Below, one piece after another: positions 9,439-19,100 of a stretch of DNA of 33,788 bases. The notes beneath the pieces are model-generated. The model was not told the DNA's origin. It searched no databases and saw only the letters and a program-made list of their open reading frames with translations. Every line of letters starts with the position of its first letter. Within the stretch, counting starts at the first letter, position 1. Origin of the DNA: a virus; IMG/VR virus record IMGVR_UViG_2910170622_000001, positions 1-33,788 of that record; one strand, given 5' to 3'. A program made the translations under genes and the position numbers.

Positions 9439-10410
9439 CTATGCAGCGGATTTTGCCACGTCGATATAAGCGAACGCGCCAGGGTAGTTGACGATCGTTT
9501 CTGTCGTGCAACCGAACATGGGGTAGATGGTTTTCAAGCCATGCACTTCAACATATTTAATCGGCACCATCTGAATCATTTCGATGTGACGCTCAACCAC
9601 TTCGGGGTCAAGGCTGTAAAGCACAATCCGGTCTTTATTTGTCCCGGGTGCTAGTACACCATTTGCTTCGAGCTTTGCTGCACTGCATTCTTGACGTTTG
9701 CGGATCTCAAACTTAATGCCTTCTTCACTCAGCGCCTTTTCAATGTGGTCTTTAACCGTTGTGGCAGTGCCGGACATGACCAGGCTGATCAGGCGGAAAA
9801 AGAGAGTGTTACTAACCAGCGCCACTGATGGGAAGAACACATCGCTACTGCCGCTATAAAAGTCCTGCACTTCATTGATGAAAAAGTCAGCCATCGTGGT
9901 CGCAGTAGTCGCAGTATACGGGTCAAAACTGCTGTTGTTTGGCGTGACGTTGGCATTGTTGAGCAAGCCTGTCATGTTCAACTTGGTGTCGCCAAAAGCG
10001 GCGATCCGGTTCCGTCGCTCTTGAATGGCACGAATACAAGTTTTCATCTTTTGGTCGTACTGCCGTACCCGCAAAGTTGCAGCAGCGTTTGACAAGGCGT
10101 ACATCTCACGCCGTTCGGCTTGGAAGTCGATATGAAAGCCAGCAACCGCCATCACAACACGGTGACGGTCTTCTGAAGCAGTGGCATCAACTAACGGGAA
10201 GTCAAAAGCCCCATCAGCCAAAATCTTGGCATCACCGACATCATTAATGACTGTCGATACTAATTCATGAGCACCAGGCATTAAATCCGGCATCGTTGGA
10301 ATGTCGGTGCCTGACTCAAAAGGCAATTCACGGCGACGTGGCTCAATCAGACGCGGTAAGCGCTGTTCGAGATCACGATAAAGATACATTCCACCTTGTT
10401 CAACGGGCAT
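9439..10410 (-). CDS. Major capsid protein (DUF2184 / HK97-fold)
   Basis: GDAKILAD...DFPLVD, NRIAAFGDTKLNMTGLLNNANV, DRIVLY..DPE, IVNYPGAFAYID; 323 aa; AGGAG RBS. Confidence 0.9.
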   Translation of the reverse strand: MPVEQGGMYLYRDLEQRLPRLIEPRRRELPFESGTDIPTMPDLMPGAHELVSTVINDVGDAKILADGAFDFPLVDATASEDRHRVVMAVAGFHIDFQAERREMYALSNAAATLRVRQYDQKMKTCIRAIQERRNRIAAFGDTKLNMTGLLNNANVTPNNSSFDPYTATTATTMADFFINEVQDFYSGSSDVFFPSVALVSNTLFFRLISLVMSGTATTVKDHIEKALSEEGIKFEIRKRQECSAAKLEANGVLAPGTNKDRIVLYSLDPEVVERHIEMIQMVPIKYVEVHGLKTIYPMFGCTTETIVNYPGAFAYIDVAKSAA

Positions 10411-10421
10411 CAGTTATTCTC

Positions 10422-10943
10422 CTATGGACGATTTAAGCGTAGTGGTGCAACTTTCATCGCCGCTGCTGTGGCACCTGTGACAGTCTTCAACCAGTAAGCG
10501 CCAGCAATGAGAGTGGCACTACCCCCATTAGCCGCGCCTCTAAATGCACCAACAACTGAGGATGTAGCTGTGTGGTTTAAGTACACTGGAGAGCCTTGAA
10601 CAATGTCGCCGTCAATATAAACAGCAATGTCGCCTGCTTCTAGAAAAGCTAGTTCGTGAAAGTTTGGGATGCCAAAGCGACCGCTGCCATCAAGCGAATA
10701 GCCCGATCGCTTTTCAATGTCCATTTGACGGTTGACACCGCGAAAAATGCTGTTCGCGTCAGTTGGCAGTGTCAGCAAGTCAGGTGTAGCACCTTGACAA
10801 ACACCAAAGCCGAACGGAATGATCGCGCCAGTGTTGTTAAAGCCAGTCAGGATGCTACTGATGGACGATCCTTGAGTGGTGATTTCTTGACCGGGGAAGT
10901 AAAGCTGCCCGTCGAGTAAATCAATGTGAGTAGTTACGGGCAT
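10422..10943 (-). CDS. Capsid cement/decoration protein
   Basis: IPFGFGVCQG, GDIAVY, GSPVY, GAFR motifs; between scaffold and capsid genes; AGGAGG RBS. Confidence 0.75.
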   Translation of the reverse strand: MPVTTHIDLLDGQLYFPGQEITTQGSSISSILTGFNNTGAIIPFGFGVCQGATPDLLTLPTDANSIFRGVNRQMDIEKRSGYSLDGSGRFGIPNFHELAFLEAGDIAVYIDGDIVQGSPVYLNHTATSSVVGAFRGAANGGSATLIAGAYWLKTVTGATAAAMKVAPLRLNRP

Positions 10944-11699
10944 TTAGTTACCTCCTTTCCATGCGTTTGCATACATTTGTTTGACAGCATCCATATGGTT
11001 GTCTCGACTGTCATCACGGACTGAAGAGGCGATCGCTAGCTTCTCAAGCTGCCCGCCCGTTGACGGTCTACGCCATAGCTTCATTGCTGTGTAAGCCCCT
11101 GCCACAGCTTGCTCTGAGTCAAGCTTGATGTCGCTGTCAAAGTTAGCGATCGCTGCTGCTTGAATGCTGTAAGCACTGCTGCTACCGTCTAGCTTGAAGT
11201 CATCAGGCAGAAACGGCTTTGCATCGTCATACGCTGCAAAAATACTGTCTAGACGTGCTTGCACTGCTGCTTCAATATCAGAGTCAGAACGTTCTCCAGT
11301 CTCTTCGTCTTCTTCGGAGTCAGTGCGGTTGAGAAGAGTACGAGCGATCGCTAACTCACCTTCCAAAGAGTCGATGTGAGCATTTGCACGCTCTAAATCG
11401 GCAGCATCCTTTTTCATCTTCTTTTTGATGAAGTCAGGGATCTCGTCTTCCTCTTCTTCGTCATCCATATCCTCGTCATCTTCTTCCATCACGACTTTTT
11501 TCTTAGAGTCGTAACGCTCGTCTTCACTGTCGTAACCGCGTCTCATGGGTGCTTCCTCATAGTTTTCTTCGTCGTCATACATGGACTCTGCGATCGCCTG
11601 CTGCTGCTCTTTCATCTCAAGTGAGTACTCAAGTGCTTCGGCTAATTCAGGCTCAACGTCATGGGTTTTGATACTGCCGGGGAGTGTGATGGTTGTCAT
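10944..11699 (-). CDS. Scaffolding protein (acidic, coiled-coil); start MTTITLPG
   Basis: Highly D/E-rich, ends YANAWKGGN like the C-terminal scaffold part of DUF2213 proteins; lies between protease and cement genes. Confidence 0.75.
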   Translation of the reverse strand: MTTITLPGSIKTHDVEPELAEALEYSLEMKEQQQAIAESMYDDEENYEEAPMRRGYDSEDERYDSKKKVVMEEDDEDMDDEEEEDEIPDFIKKKMKKDAADLERANAHIDSLEGELAIARTLLNRTDSEEDEETGERSDSDIEAAVQARLDSIFAAYDDAKPFLPDDFKLDGSSSAYSIQAAAIANFDSDIKLDSEQAVAGAYTAMKLWRRPSTGGQLEKLAIASSVRDDSRDNHMDAVKQMYANAWKGGN

Positions 11700-11707
11700 G
11701 TCTTGCC

Positions 11708-12949
11708 TCAAAAGTTAAGCCCTGCTTCTGCTAGGCGTTTGTTTCTAGCCGCCCCTTTCGCTCTATTGGTTTCTGCTGCTGCTGTAATTGCCTGCTTCGA
11801 TGGCTTGTTCTTTCCTTTCTTTGGTGCCGACTGTCGTGAGAAATCAGAGAAGCCTGATTTACTCCGAGATGAGGCAGACTTAGAGACGTTTGATAGCGCT
11901 TTGCCTTTCTCGGGAGTAATGCCTCTCAACCTGTTTTGCTCCACACGCTTCTTGTCAACAGCAGCCCGTTTAGTGCCGTCGCTAAACTTTTCACGTAGTT
12001 GCTGAGTGCGTTCCTGATTCTTCTTGACTTGAGTTTTAGGGTTGCAATTCTTGCTAGCAGGGATCGAGTAACCACCAGGACACTTCTTGCCTGTGCCAGT
12101 TTTTTTATCAAACCGCCACAGTTCGCCCTCTGAGTCAACCCGGTACTCTTCTTCTGTGGTGTCAAACACTGGCACCATGTCAGCAGCGTCAGCATGGCAA
12201 CCGCAGTCATCTAGCCCCCGTTCTTTAATCTCAATGTAGAGATCCATCGGTACCCAGAAAGGACGTTTGCCCTGTGGGGTCGTTAGCTCAATCTGATATT
12301 TATCTGCCACTGGTGCATCCTTACGAACAGTCGGTATTGGTGCTTCAATAGCGGGTTCAATCTGCCATGCGATGTCATTCGTATCAGCGGAGTCGAATCT
12401 AAAAGTTTTGATTTTTGCGCCAGCAGCTCTTGGCTTAGAGCAGACTGCCATGTGGTCTTTACGCATAGGCTCATCTTGCAAAGCGTCAAACGCTTCCCCA
12501 TGCCACTCGCCAGCGTCATTTCTTACGTTCGTTTCATAGCCAACGCTCACGCCATCTTTGCGACCAAAACGGATGTCGTCTTGCGTTTCAGGGTCATAAA
12601 CATCAAAGGTTACTTGCACCCGTCCATCGTCAAAGACATGGACTTTGTTCTGAGTTCTACCGACTTGATACTTTTCTAGTAACGCATCATCATTCCGAAG
12701 CAGGCAGGGAGGATGCTCTCTAGTTACGGGTAAATCAGCTAACTGAGCTACTAACGGTTTTCCATCGCTATCTGTTCGTCGCAAAAACTCGCGCGATACT
12801 AATTCACGACGAGTTGATCCATCAGCATTTCGATACGTTAAAATCCCAGGCTCACGAGCGATCGCGGTGACAGTCATCACTCCATCTCTGGAGTCAAAAC
12901 GCTCGATCGTTGCTAATTGATTAAAGCGAATTGCTGTAGCCAAGGGCAT
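11708..12949 (-). CDS. DUF2213-type prohead maturation protease with basic C-terminal extension
   Basis: IAREPGILTY, RRELV, LPVTREHP, GVSVGY, DHMAVCSKPRA motifs. Confidence 0.88.
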   Translation of the reverse strand: MPLATAIRFNQLATIERFDSRDGVMTVTAIAREPGILTYRNADGSTRRELVSREFLRRTDSDGKPLVAQLADLPVTREHPPCLLRNDDALLEKYQVGRTQNKVHVFDDGRVQVTFDVYDPETQDDIRFGRKDGVSVGYETNVRNDAGEWHGEAFDALQDEPMRKDHMAVCSKPRAAGAKIKTFRFDSADTNDIAWQIEPAIEAPIPTVRKDAPVADKYQIELTTPQGKRPFWVPMDLYIEIKERGLDDCGCHADAADMVPVFDTTEEEYRVDSEGELWRFDKKTGTGKKCPGGYSIPASKNCNPKTQVKKNQERTQQLREKFSDGTKRAAVDKKRVEQNRLRGITPEKGKALSNVSKSASSRSKSGFSDFSRQSAPKKGKNKPSKQAITAAAETNRAKGAARNKRLAEAGLNF

Positions 12950-13001
12950 AATGTAATCACGCAGTCAATACCTTGTTCTACCCCTTGCCACCCTGCCTAA
13001 G

Positions 13002-13232
13002 ATGAAATCGTTGGAAAGTCCAACACAGCAAGAACTTCGCCGTCGCTTTGTCGGCAACTTTAAGAACGCAGTTGAGCGATCGGCGTACAGCGATACTCAG
13101 TTGACAGACATGATGGGATTGCACCGCACTGCCATTTATGAAATTGTCAACAGTGGCAGAAAGGTCGATCCAGCAGAGCTATCCGGTTGGTGTCGTGTCC
13201 TGTGCGTAAGCTTTCAGGATTTAGTGGGATGA
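13002..13232 (+). CDS. XRE-family helix-turn-helix protein
   Basis: SDTQLTDMMGLHRTAIYEIVNSGRKVDPAELSGWCRVLCVSFQDL. Confidence 0.8.
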   Translation: MKSLESPTQQELRRRFVGNFKNAVERSAYSDTQLTDMMGLHRTAIYEIVNSGRKVDPAELSGWCRVLCVSFQDLVG

Positions 13233-13489
13233 CCGTTACAGTCACCATTACGGACACTCAGACAGGCAGGCAGATGGCTTTGCCTGTTGACTGGGACAAT
13301 GACGACGCTTTGTGGTGTTCTGGCAACAATGACTGTGATTGCAATCTTGGTCTGCTTTTAGGTGTTTGGAGGCTTGAGGATGCAGTTTGTGGTGATACAC
13401 GTTTTGAGGTAGAGGCGATCGACGAGCAAGGCTTACTCTGGCGGCGTGGTGTTGACGGCAATGAGTACGATCGGGAGTTAGTTGAATGA
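13229..13489 (+). CDS. Small Cys-containing hypothetical protein (W.SGN.DCDCN...CG..RF)
   Basis: ATGA coupling at both ends; possible Zn ligands. Confidence 0.65.
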   Translation: MTVTVTITDTQTGRQMALPVDWDNDDALWCSGNNDCDCNLGLLLGVWRLEDAVCGDTRFEVEAIDEQGLLWRRGVDGNEYDRELVE

Positions 13490-14016
13490 AAAAGAAACTG
13501 TCAGACTTTCGTTTACAGCAACGCAACGGTAACAAGCATAGCGTTCGTGGCATGGGGATGCTTGACCACACGATCGCTACAGAAGGATTCATTGGCGCGA
13601 TAACGGCAGCAGCAGACGGTGAAGTGTTTGACGGCAGTGCTAGGCTTGAAACTAGCTTCGATCGCTTTGGTGAGACGGTAGAACCGATAATTGTTAGAAG
13701 CAAGGGCGATCGCCCGATTATCCACATTAGGGAAGATATACCGAACGCCGAAGACCCGAAAGCAAAGCTGCTTTCGATCGCGGCTAACCGTATCTCTGAG
13801 GTTAACTACGTGCCTGACACAGATGTGTTAGCAGAGTTGTCTGGGGATATTGACCTATCATTGCTCTACTTTGATGATGAGCTTGATAACTTGCTTAAAG
13901 GGTTGAGTGATCCGCCCCCACCACCAGAGAACGATCGCGGCTTCAATGGTCAAACCAAAGAGATTAACTGCACTTGCCCTCAATGCGGGCATGGGTTTGT
14001 AAGACAAATGCAATAG
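13486..14016 (+). CDS. ParB-N-like protein upstream of terminase, with C-terminal CPxCG Zn ribbon
   Basis: RNGNKHSVRG...GFIGAIT...FDGSARLE, AANRISE, CTCPQCGHGF; this arrangement is common next to terS. Confidence 0.7.
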   Translation: MKKKLSDFRLQQRNGNKHSVRGMGMLDHTIATEGFIGAITAAADGEVFDGSARLETSFDRFGETVEPIIVRSKGDRPIIHIREDIPNAEDPKAKLLSIAANRISEVNYVPDTDVLAELSGDIDLSLLYFDDELDNLLKGLSDPPPPPENDRGFNGQTKEINCTCPQCGHGFVRQMQ

Positions 14017-14038
14017 AAACCTACAAAAAATATAAGAA

Positions 14039-14497
14039 ATGGAAGGAAGAGGTAGAGGTAGACCGTCAAAACTAACACCAGCAGTCAGAGAAAAGCTGGT
14101 GCAAGCGTTGTTGGCTGGCAACTATATCGAGCCTTCCTGTGCCTATGCAGGGGTGTCTTATGTTTCCGTCCGTAATTGGATGAATAAAGGCGAGCAAGCT
14201 ACTTCGGGAGAGTTCAGGGACTTTTATTCAGCAGTAACTAATGCGATCGCCCAGGCTGAAATCTCGACAGCAGCCCACATCAAAGGGGCTGGCAAGGATG
14301 ATTGGCGAGCGTCAGCATGGCTACTAGAGCGCAGACACCCCGATCGCTGGTCAAATACGCAACGGGTCAAGATTGAAGTCGAAAAAGAGTTAGAGCAAAC
14401 GTTAGCCAAACTGCAAACCAAACTACCTGAAGATGTCTTCATCCAAATCATCGACGCTATCGCTGATGCAGAAGCTAGCGAGGAAGAAACAGGCTGA
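14039..14497 (+). CDS. terS: Terminase small subunit
   Basis: GRPSKLTP HTH, AGVSYVSVRNWM, DWRASAWLLERRHPDRW; immediately upstream of terL. Confidence 0.82.
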   Translation: MEGRGRGRPSKLTPAVREKLVQALLAGNYIEPSCAYAGVSYVSVRNWMNKGEQATSGEFRDFYSAVTNAIAQAEISTAAHIKGAGKDDWRASAWLLERRHPDRWSNTQRVKIEVEKELEQTLAKLQTKLPEDVFIQIIDAIADAEASEEETG

Positions 14498-16100
14498 GTT
14501 CAAATCCAGGCAGAAAATTGCTAATGAGCAGATTAGCCTAGCGACGTTTGTTAAAGAAAGCTGGCATGTTTTAGAGCCGGAAACGACTCTAGCTTGGAAC
14601 TGGCATATTGATGCCATGTGTGAGCATATCCAGGAATCACTACTGGACTGGTTGCGACACAAACAAGACTCAAACTATAAGCAGCGCATCCAAAACCTTT
14701 TAATTAATGTGCCACCTGGCAGTCTTAAGTCTAGAGTCGTCAGTGTTTGTGCCCCCGCATGGTTTTGGACTATCTGCCCTTCATGGCGTGCTATCTTCCT
14801 TTCTTCTAACCCTCGTGTAGCCTTGCGAGATAGCGCCTATTGCCGGGACTTAATTGAAAGTGAATGGTATCAGAAACGCTTTAAGCCTGACTGGAAGCTG
14901 CGTGTTGATACAAACGCTAAGTCGCTTTATTGGAACACCAAAGGTGGGCAAAGGGCATCTTTTGGTTTCAATTCACGGATTACGGGCGATCGCGGCGACT
15001 GCATTTTGGTAGATGACCCTCATGATGCTAAAGAGATCGAATCAGATTTGCTGCGTCAAGCTGTCCTCGATCGCTGGGATAGTGCCATCCGTAACCGGGT
15101 CAACGACTTGCGATCGTCTGTTCGTATCGGCATCATGCAGCGCTTACATCAACTTGACTGGTCCGGGCACGTTTTACAGGAAGGTGACTGGGCGCTTCTT
15201 TGTATCCCTCAAGAATTTGAAGCACCACAAGCACCAACACCGCTCGGCTGGGTAGACCCTCGAACCGAACCGGGGTCATTGATGTTTGAAGAACGCTTCC
15301 CTGAGTATGTTTTAGAGAAAGAGAAACTTGTTTTAGGTTCGTATGGTTACGCAGGACAGCATCAACAGAAACCTGCGCCATCTGAAGGAGGGATGTTTAA
15401 GCTGGCGAATTGGCGTGTGTATGTGCCAAGCGCTGCGCCTAGGTTCACTCGCATGATTCTGAGCTGTGATGCTGCTTTTAAGGGCACAAAAGATTCTGAC
15501 TATGTGGTTGTGCAGGCGATCGCGCAGGTTGCCGATGTGCATACGGTGTTAGATCAGGATGGGAAGCCGATGCTGTTCTCTGATTACTATCTGCCCTACC
15601 AAGCACGATCGCGTGTGGGCATAAGTGGCACCGAGACAATGATCAGAGAAACGTCAAATCGTTACCCAGAAGCGTATACAAAACTGATTGAAGATAAGGC
15701 AAACGGACCCGCAGTGATTGAGCGATTGAGTAGTGAGTTAACAGGCATCACACCATTTAAGCCAGGGATGAACAGCAAGCGATCGCGTGCGTGGTCAATT
15801 CAGCCAATTCATGAAAGGGGTGGTATTTTACTGCCTGCTTCTGACGCTGTTGCGGCAGCGCTTGAGTCAATGGGTAAAACCTCGATTACAGTAGGTGAAT
15901 GGTGGGAATTACATCCACCGCTGCATAAGACAAATGCTGAGTACGCACCAGTACAAGAATGGTGCAAAGCGTTAATGGATGAATTCGCTCAGTTCCCTAA
16001 CGCTGCCAATGACGATCAAGTGGATGCGCTCGATCAAGGCATTATCTGGCTCGAAGCTAACAAGCCACAAAAAACAGGTATGGACCTGCTTTGGGCTTAA
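14466..16100 (+). CDS. terL: Terminase large subunit (start probably MQKLARKK)
   Basis: Walker A LLINVPPGSLKS, Walker B ILVDDPHD, IMQRLH, nuclease motifs SCDAAFK..DSDY, IEDKANG, FPNAANDDQVDA. Confidence 0.95.
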   Translation: MQKLARKKQAEFKSRQKIANEQISLATFVKESWHVLEPETTLAWNWHIDAMCEHIQESLLDWLRHKQDSNYKQRIQNLLINVPPGSLKSRVVSVCAPAWFWTICPSWRAIFLSSNPRVALRDSAYCRDLIESEWYQKRFKPDWKLRVDTNAKSLYWNTKGGQRASFGFNSRITGDRGDCILVDDPHDAKEIESDLLRQAVLDRWDSAIRNRVNDLRSSVRIGIMQRLHQLDWSGHVLQEGDWALLCIPQEFEAPQAPTPLGWVDPRTEPGSLMFEERFPEYVLEKEKLVLGSYGYAGQHQQKPAPSEGGMFKLANWRVYVPSAAPRFTRMILSCDAAFKGTKDSDYVVVQAIAQVADVHTVLDQDGKPMLFSDYYLPYQARSRVGISGTETMIRETSNRYPEAYTKLIEDKANGPAVIERLSSELTGITPFKPGMNSKRSRAWSIQPIHERGGILLPASDAVAAALESMGKTSITVGEWWELHPPLHKTNAEYAPVQEWCKALMDEFAQFPNAANDDQVDALDQGIIWLEANKPQKTGMDLLWA

Positions 16101-16126
16101 TAAAGAAGGGGTGCTGAAACACCCCT
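16099..16126 (-). terminator. Hairpin GGGGTG-TTTCAG-CACCCC followed by TTCTTTATT on the minus strand
   Basis: Perfect 7-bp stem 16107-16126; U-rich tail only on the minus strand. Confidence 0.55.
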
Positions 16127-16181
16127 AGAGTAACTCAATGACATATGCGTTTGTGCTTCCATCTTAGCCACAGGCTAGACA

Positions 16182-19100
16182 ATGGCAACACAAAACGGCA
16201 ATGGCAACGGAAATGGATCGGTCGTAGCGCACTGGGATGATATGGCATCGCTCGGTGCTGCCCTCTCTGGTGGGATCTATAACCCACAGACAGGTATGGG
16301 TATGGTCGGCACTGACCCTAGCCGATCGGCATCGGTCTTCTACGGTGGCAGGCTAGAGCGTGAACAGCAAGAAAGCTTGTTCCGCAACTATGGCTTGCTG
16401 CGTAAAGTCGTGTGCAATATCCCCAGAGCTGCCACTTACCGATGGGGTACGCCCACATTGCCAACGGGTAGCAGTGCCAAGCTTAATGCACTGATTGATG
16501 CACTTAACCAGATCCCAATCCATAGCGCTCGTCACGTCTACAAAGGAGCTAAGAAAGGCTTTCAAGAAGCGCTCAAGACTGCGTTTCTGACGGGTAACTC
16601 TGCCCTCGTTATGGATGCGGATGATGGGTTGCCATTGGATCAACCGCTGAACCTGAAGCGACTTAACAGCGTTAGAAAGCTGTGGCTGTTTAGCCGGTGG
16701 CAACTGGTGCCAGATGACCGATCGCTGACGGTGCTGCGGCAATCTGAGCACTTTGAGATTGTGGACCACAGGGCGATGGATGCACCTGAAGCGAGTTGGC
16801 GTATCCACCGATCGCGTGTGCTGTGGTTCCGTGGTGCTGAACTAATCGACGGGTATACGGGCAGCTATAACCAGGGCTGTGATGATTCGATTCTGCAAGC
16901 GATGTTGGAGTCGTTTTACCTCTATACGAACGGGGTGAAAGGGGCAGGCAGAATGCTGGAGGATTTTGATTTCTATGTACACAAAATCACTGGTCTGCTA
17001 GGCAAACTCGAAAGCAATCCGCAGAAAGCACAGCAGGTCATATCAGCACGACTGGAGATCAACCGTCAGCGGCGATCGAACTTCCGCGACATGGTGATTG
17101 ACAAGGAGAACGAAGAAATCGCCCCTGTCAGTCGCCAAGTCGGTGGTTATAGCGATATGCTCGACCACTGCAAGAACTACCTCTTAGCGTCCACAGACTA
17201 CCCGCCTTCTGTGCTGTTTGGTGAGTTTAGTGCTGGGTTGAACGCGACAGGCATGGAAACATCCGAGCGGCAAACGTGGAACGATACGACTGCACAGGCA
17301 CAGCAGGATAAGTGCGAAGACAATGTTTTAACACTGGCTAACGTGTTGTGTGCGGCAAAGAGTGGACCCACACAAGGCAACGAACTGAAAGGGCTTGCAT
17401 GGCATTGGCACGTCCTCTATGCACCATCCCCTGAAGAAAACGCAGGGCTACAAAGCCAGTTCGCCACGATGCTATCGACCTTGGCACAAGTTGAGCAAAG
17501 TGTGATCGGTCAGGTTGGCATCCGCACGCTGTGGGGACAGAACGAGTTTAACCAGAACCTTGTACTGCCTAAGAACTACGTCAAGTTTCTGGATGACGCG
17601 ATCGCCGCTGCCGTTATTCCACCGCCACCTGAAGAGGAGATGTTAGGCGAGGCAGAGTTAGAGGGCGAAGAATTTGAGGGTGAGGAGCAACTAGCGCTAG
17701 AGGGCAATGATCAAGATCAGGCGATCGCTGACGAACTACTAGACGACCGCACCTTGCTCGACTCCAACGACGTTTTCTTCCTCTACCACCTAGACGCTAG
17801 TACACGCAGCGAACTCCTAGCGAAGGTCAAAGCTAAGAACGAGAGTTTAGCCAAGGGTAAGAAGTTCAACGCCTTCGGGAAAACAACGGCTGAGATTAGG
17901 GCGTTTGTAGGCGAAGGTGGTGATTCACCTGCTAGTAAGTCTAAGGGCACTGCCAAGCCTGCTAGCGGCAAAGCAGGCAAGTATCAGACATCTAAGACCA
18001 GTGGTGCCATTGCCAATGCGATCGCCCGTAAAACGGGTGCTAAGGCAGAGGATATTGAGCAGGACTTGCGCGGCAAGATTCAGAAGGCGATCGACAAAAA
18101 GCGGCGTGACCTGAAAAAGGCAGGCAAGGAAGTCACAGACAAGGATCTGCGTCAGGCTGCACGCGATGTTGTGAAGATTGAGGCGAAGGGTGCGATCGCT
18201 AAAGCTAAAGGTGAACCGATTGCACCAGAGAAAGCCATCGTTAAGAAGCCGAAAGCGACTAAAGCTAAAGCGGTTGAAACTCCTGAAGCGGCAGAGCCTA
18301 AGAAGACGAAGACTGCCAAGAAGAAAGTGGTCGAAGTCGAGCCTAAGCCTATGGAAGAGAAGCCCGTCAAAGCTACTAAACTTAAGGAAAAAGCTAAGGA
18401 TAAACTAAATGTCGGAACAGAAACCAAACCCCAAAAACAAGAAAAATCAGGAAGTAAGACCGGAGAGGTTCGTGGAGCAGCCGGAGGACGTGAACCTGTT
18501 CCTGAAACCGACGAAAAAGAAAGAAAAAGAGCGTTAGAGACGCACGATGTTATTAAAGGCGACTTGTCACGAGATCAAAAAATAGATCGTATTGCCGAAA
18601 TTACAGGACTGGACAAAACTAAAGCCGAGTTTGCTTTAGACGGTATTTCTACCTTCACAAGTGATGCAGGTGAGATAAGACAGTTCGAAATTGGTCAACC
18701 TCTTAAAAGCGACGATCAAGAATACAAAGATGGAGTCAAGGAGAGTGCTGACGGGACAAATCTTTATGTTCGCTCCATGCCTAAATTCAAAGGCGAAATA
18801 CACAGAGGACTTAAATTCAACACAGACGAGGAGAGAGACAAGTTTATTTCATCTGTATCTAACGGGTTTGAGTTGCAAGCTTTAAGTAGTTTTTCATCTG
18901 ATCCCGCGATCGCGCTTCGGTTTAGCGTGGGTATGAAGAAAAAGCCAGGTGTAGTCATAAGCGTCAAATCAAATACAAAAGGAGCTTCCGTAAAAGGAGT
19001 TTCTTCAGTCCCAGCCGAGGATGAAATTGTTGTTCCTAAAGGAGCAAAGTACAAAGTAGTTAAGCAATACGTGAAAGATGGCACTGTCCACCTCGACGTA

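Noticed and set aside
9439-10410. Encapsulin nanocompartment
   Set aside because: The HK97-fold gene lies with terminase, portal, protease and adaptor genes, so it is a phage capsid
11699-11716. Frameshift fusing protease and scaffold
   Set aside because: AAC TTT TGA is not a convincing -1 slippery site; the scaffold has its own GAGG RBS and ATG
16182-17620. Anti-CBASS Acb1 nuclease (a label often attached to DUF1073 proteins)
   Set aside because: No paired HxT 2H-phosphoesterase motifs recognised; position after terL and the motifs indicate a portal
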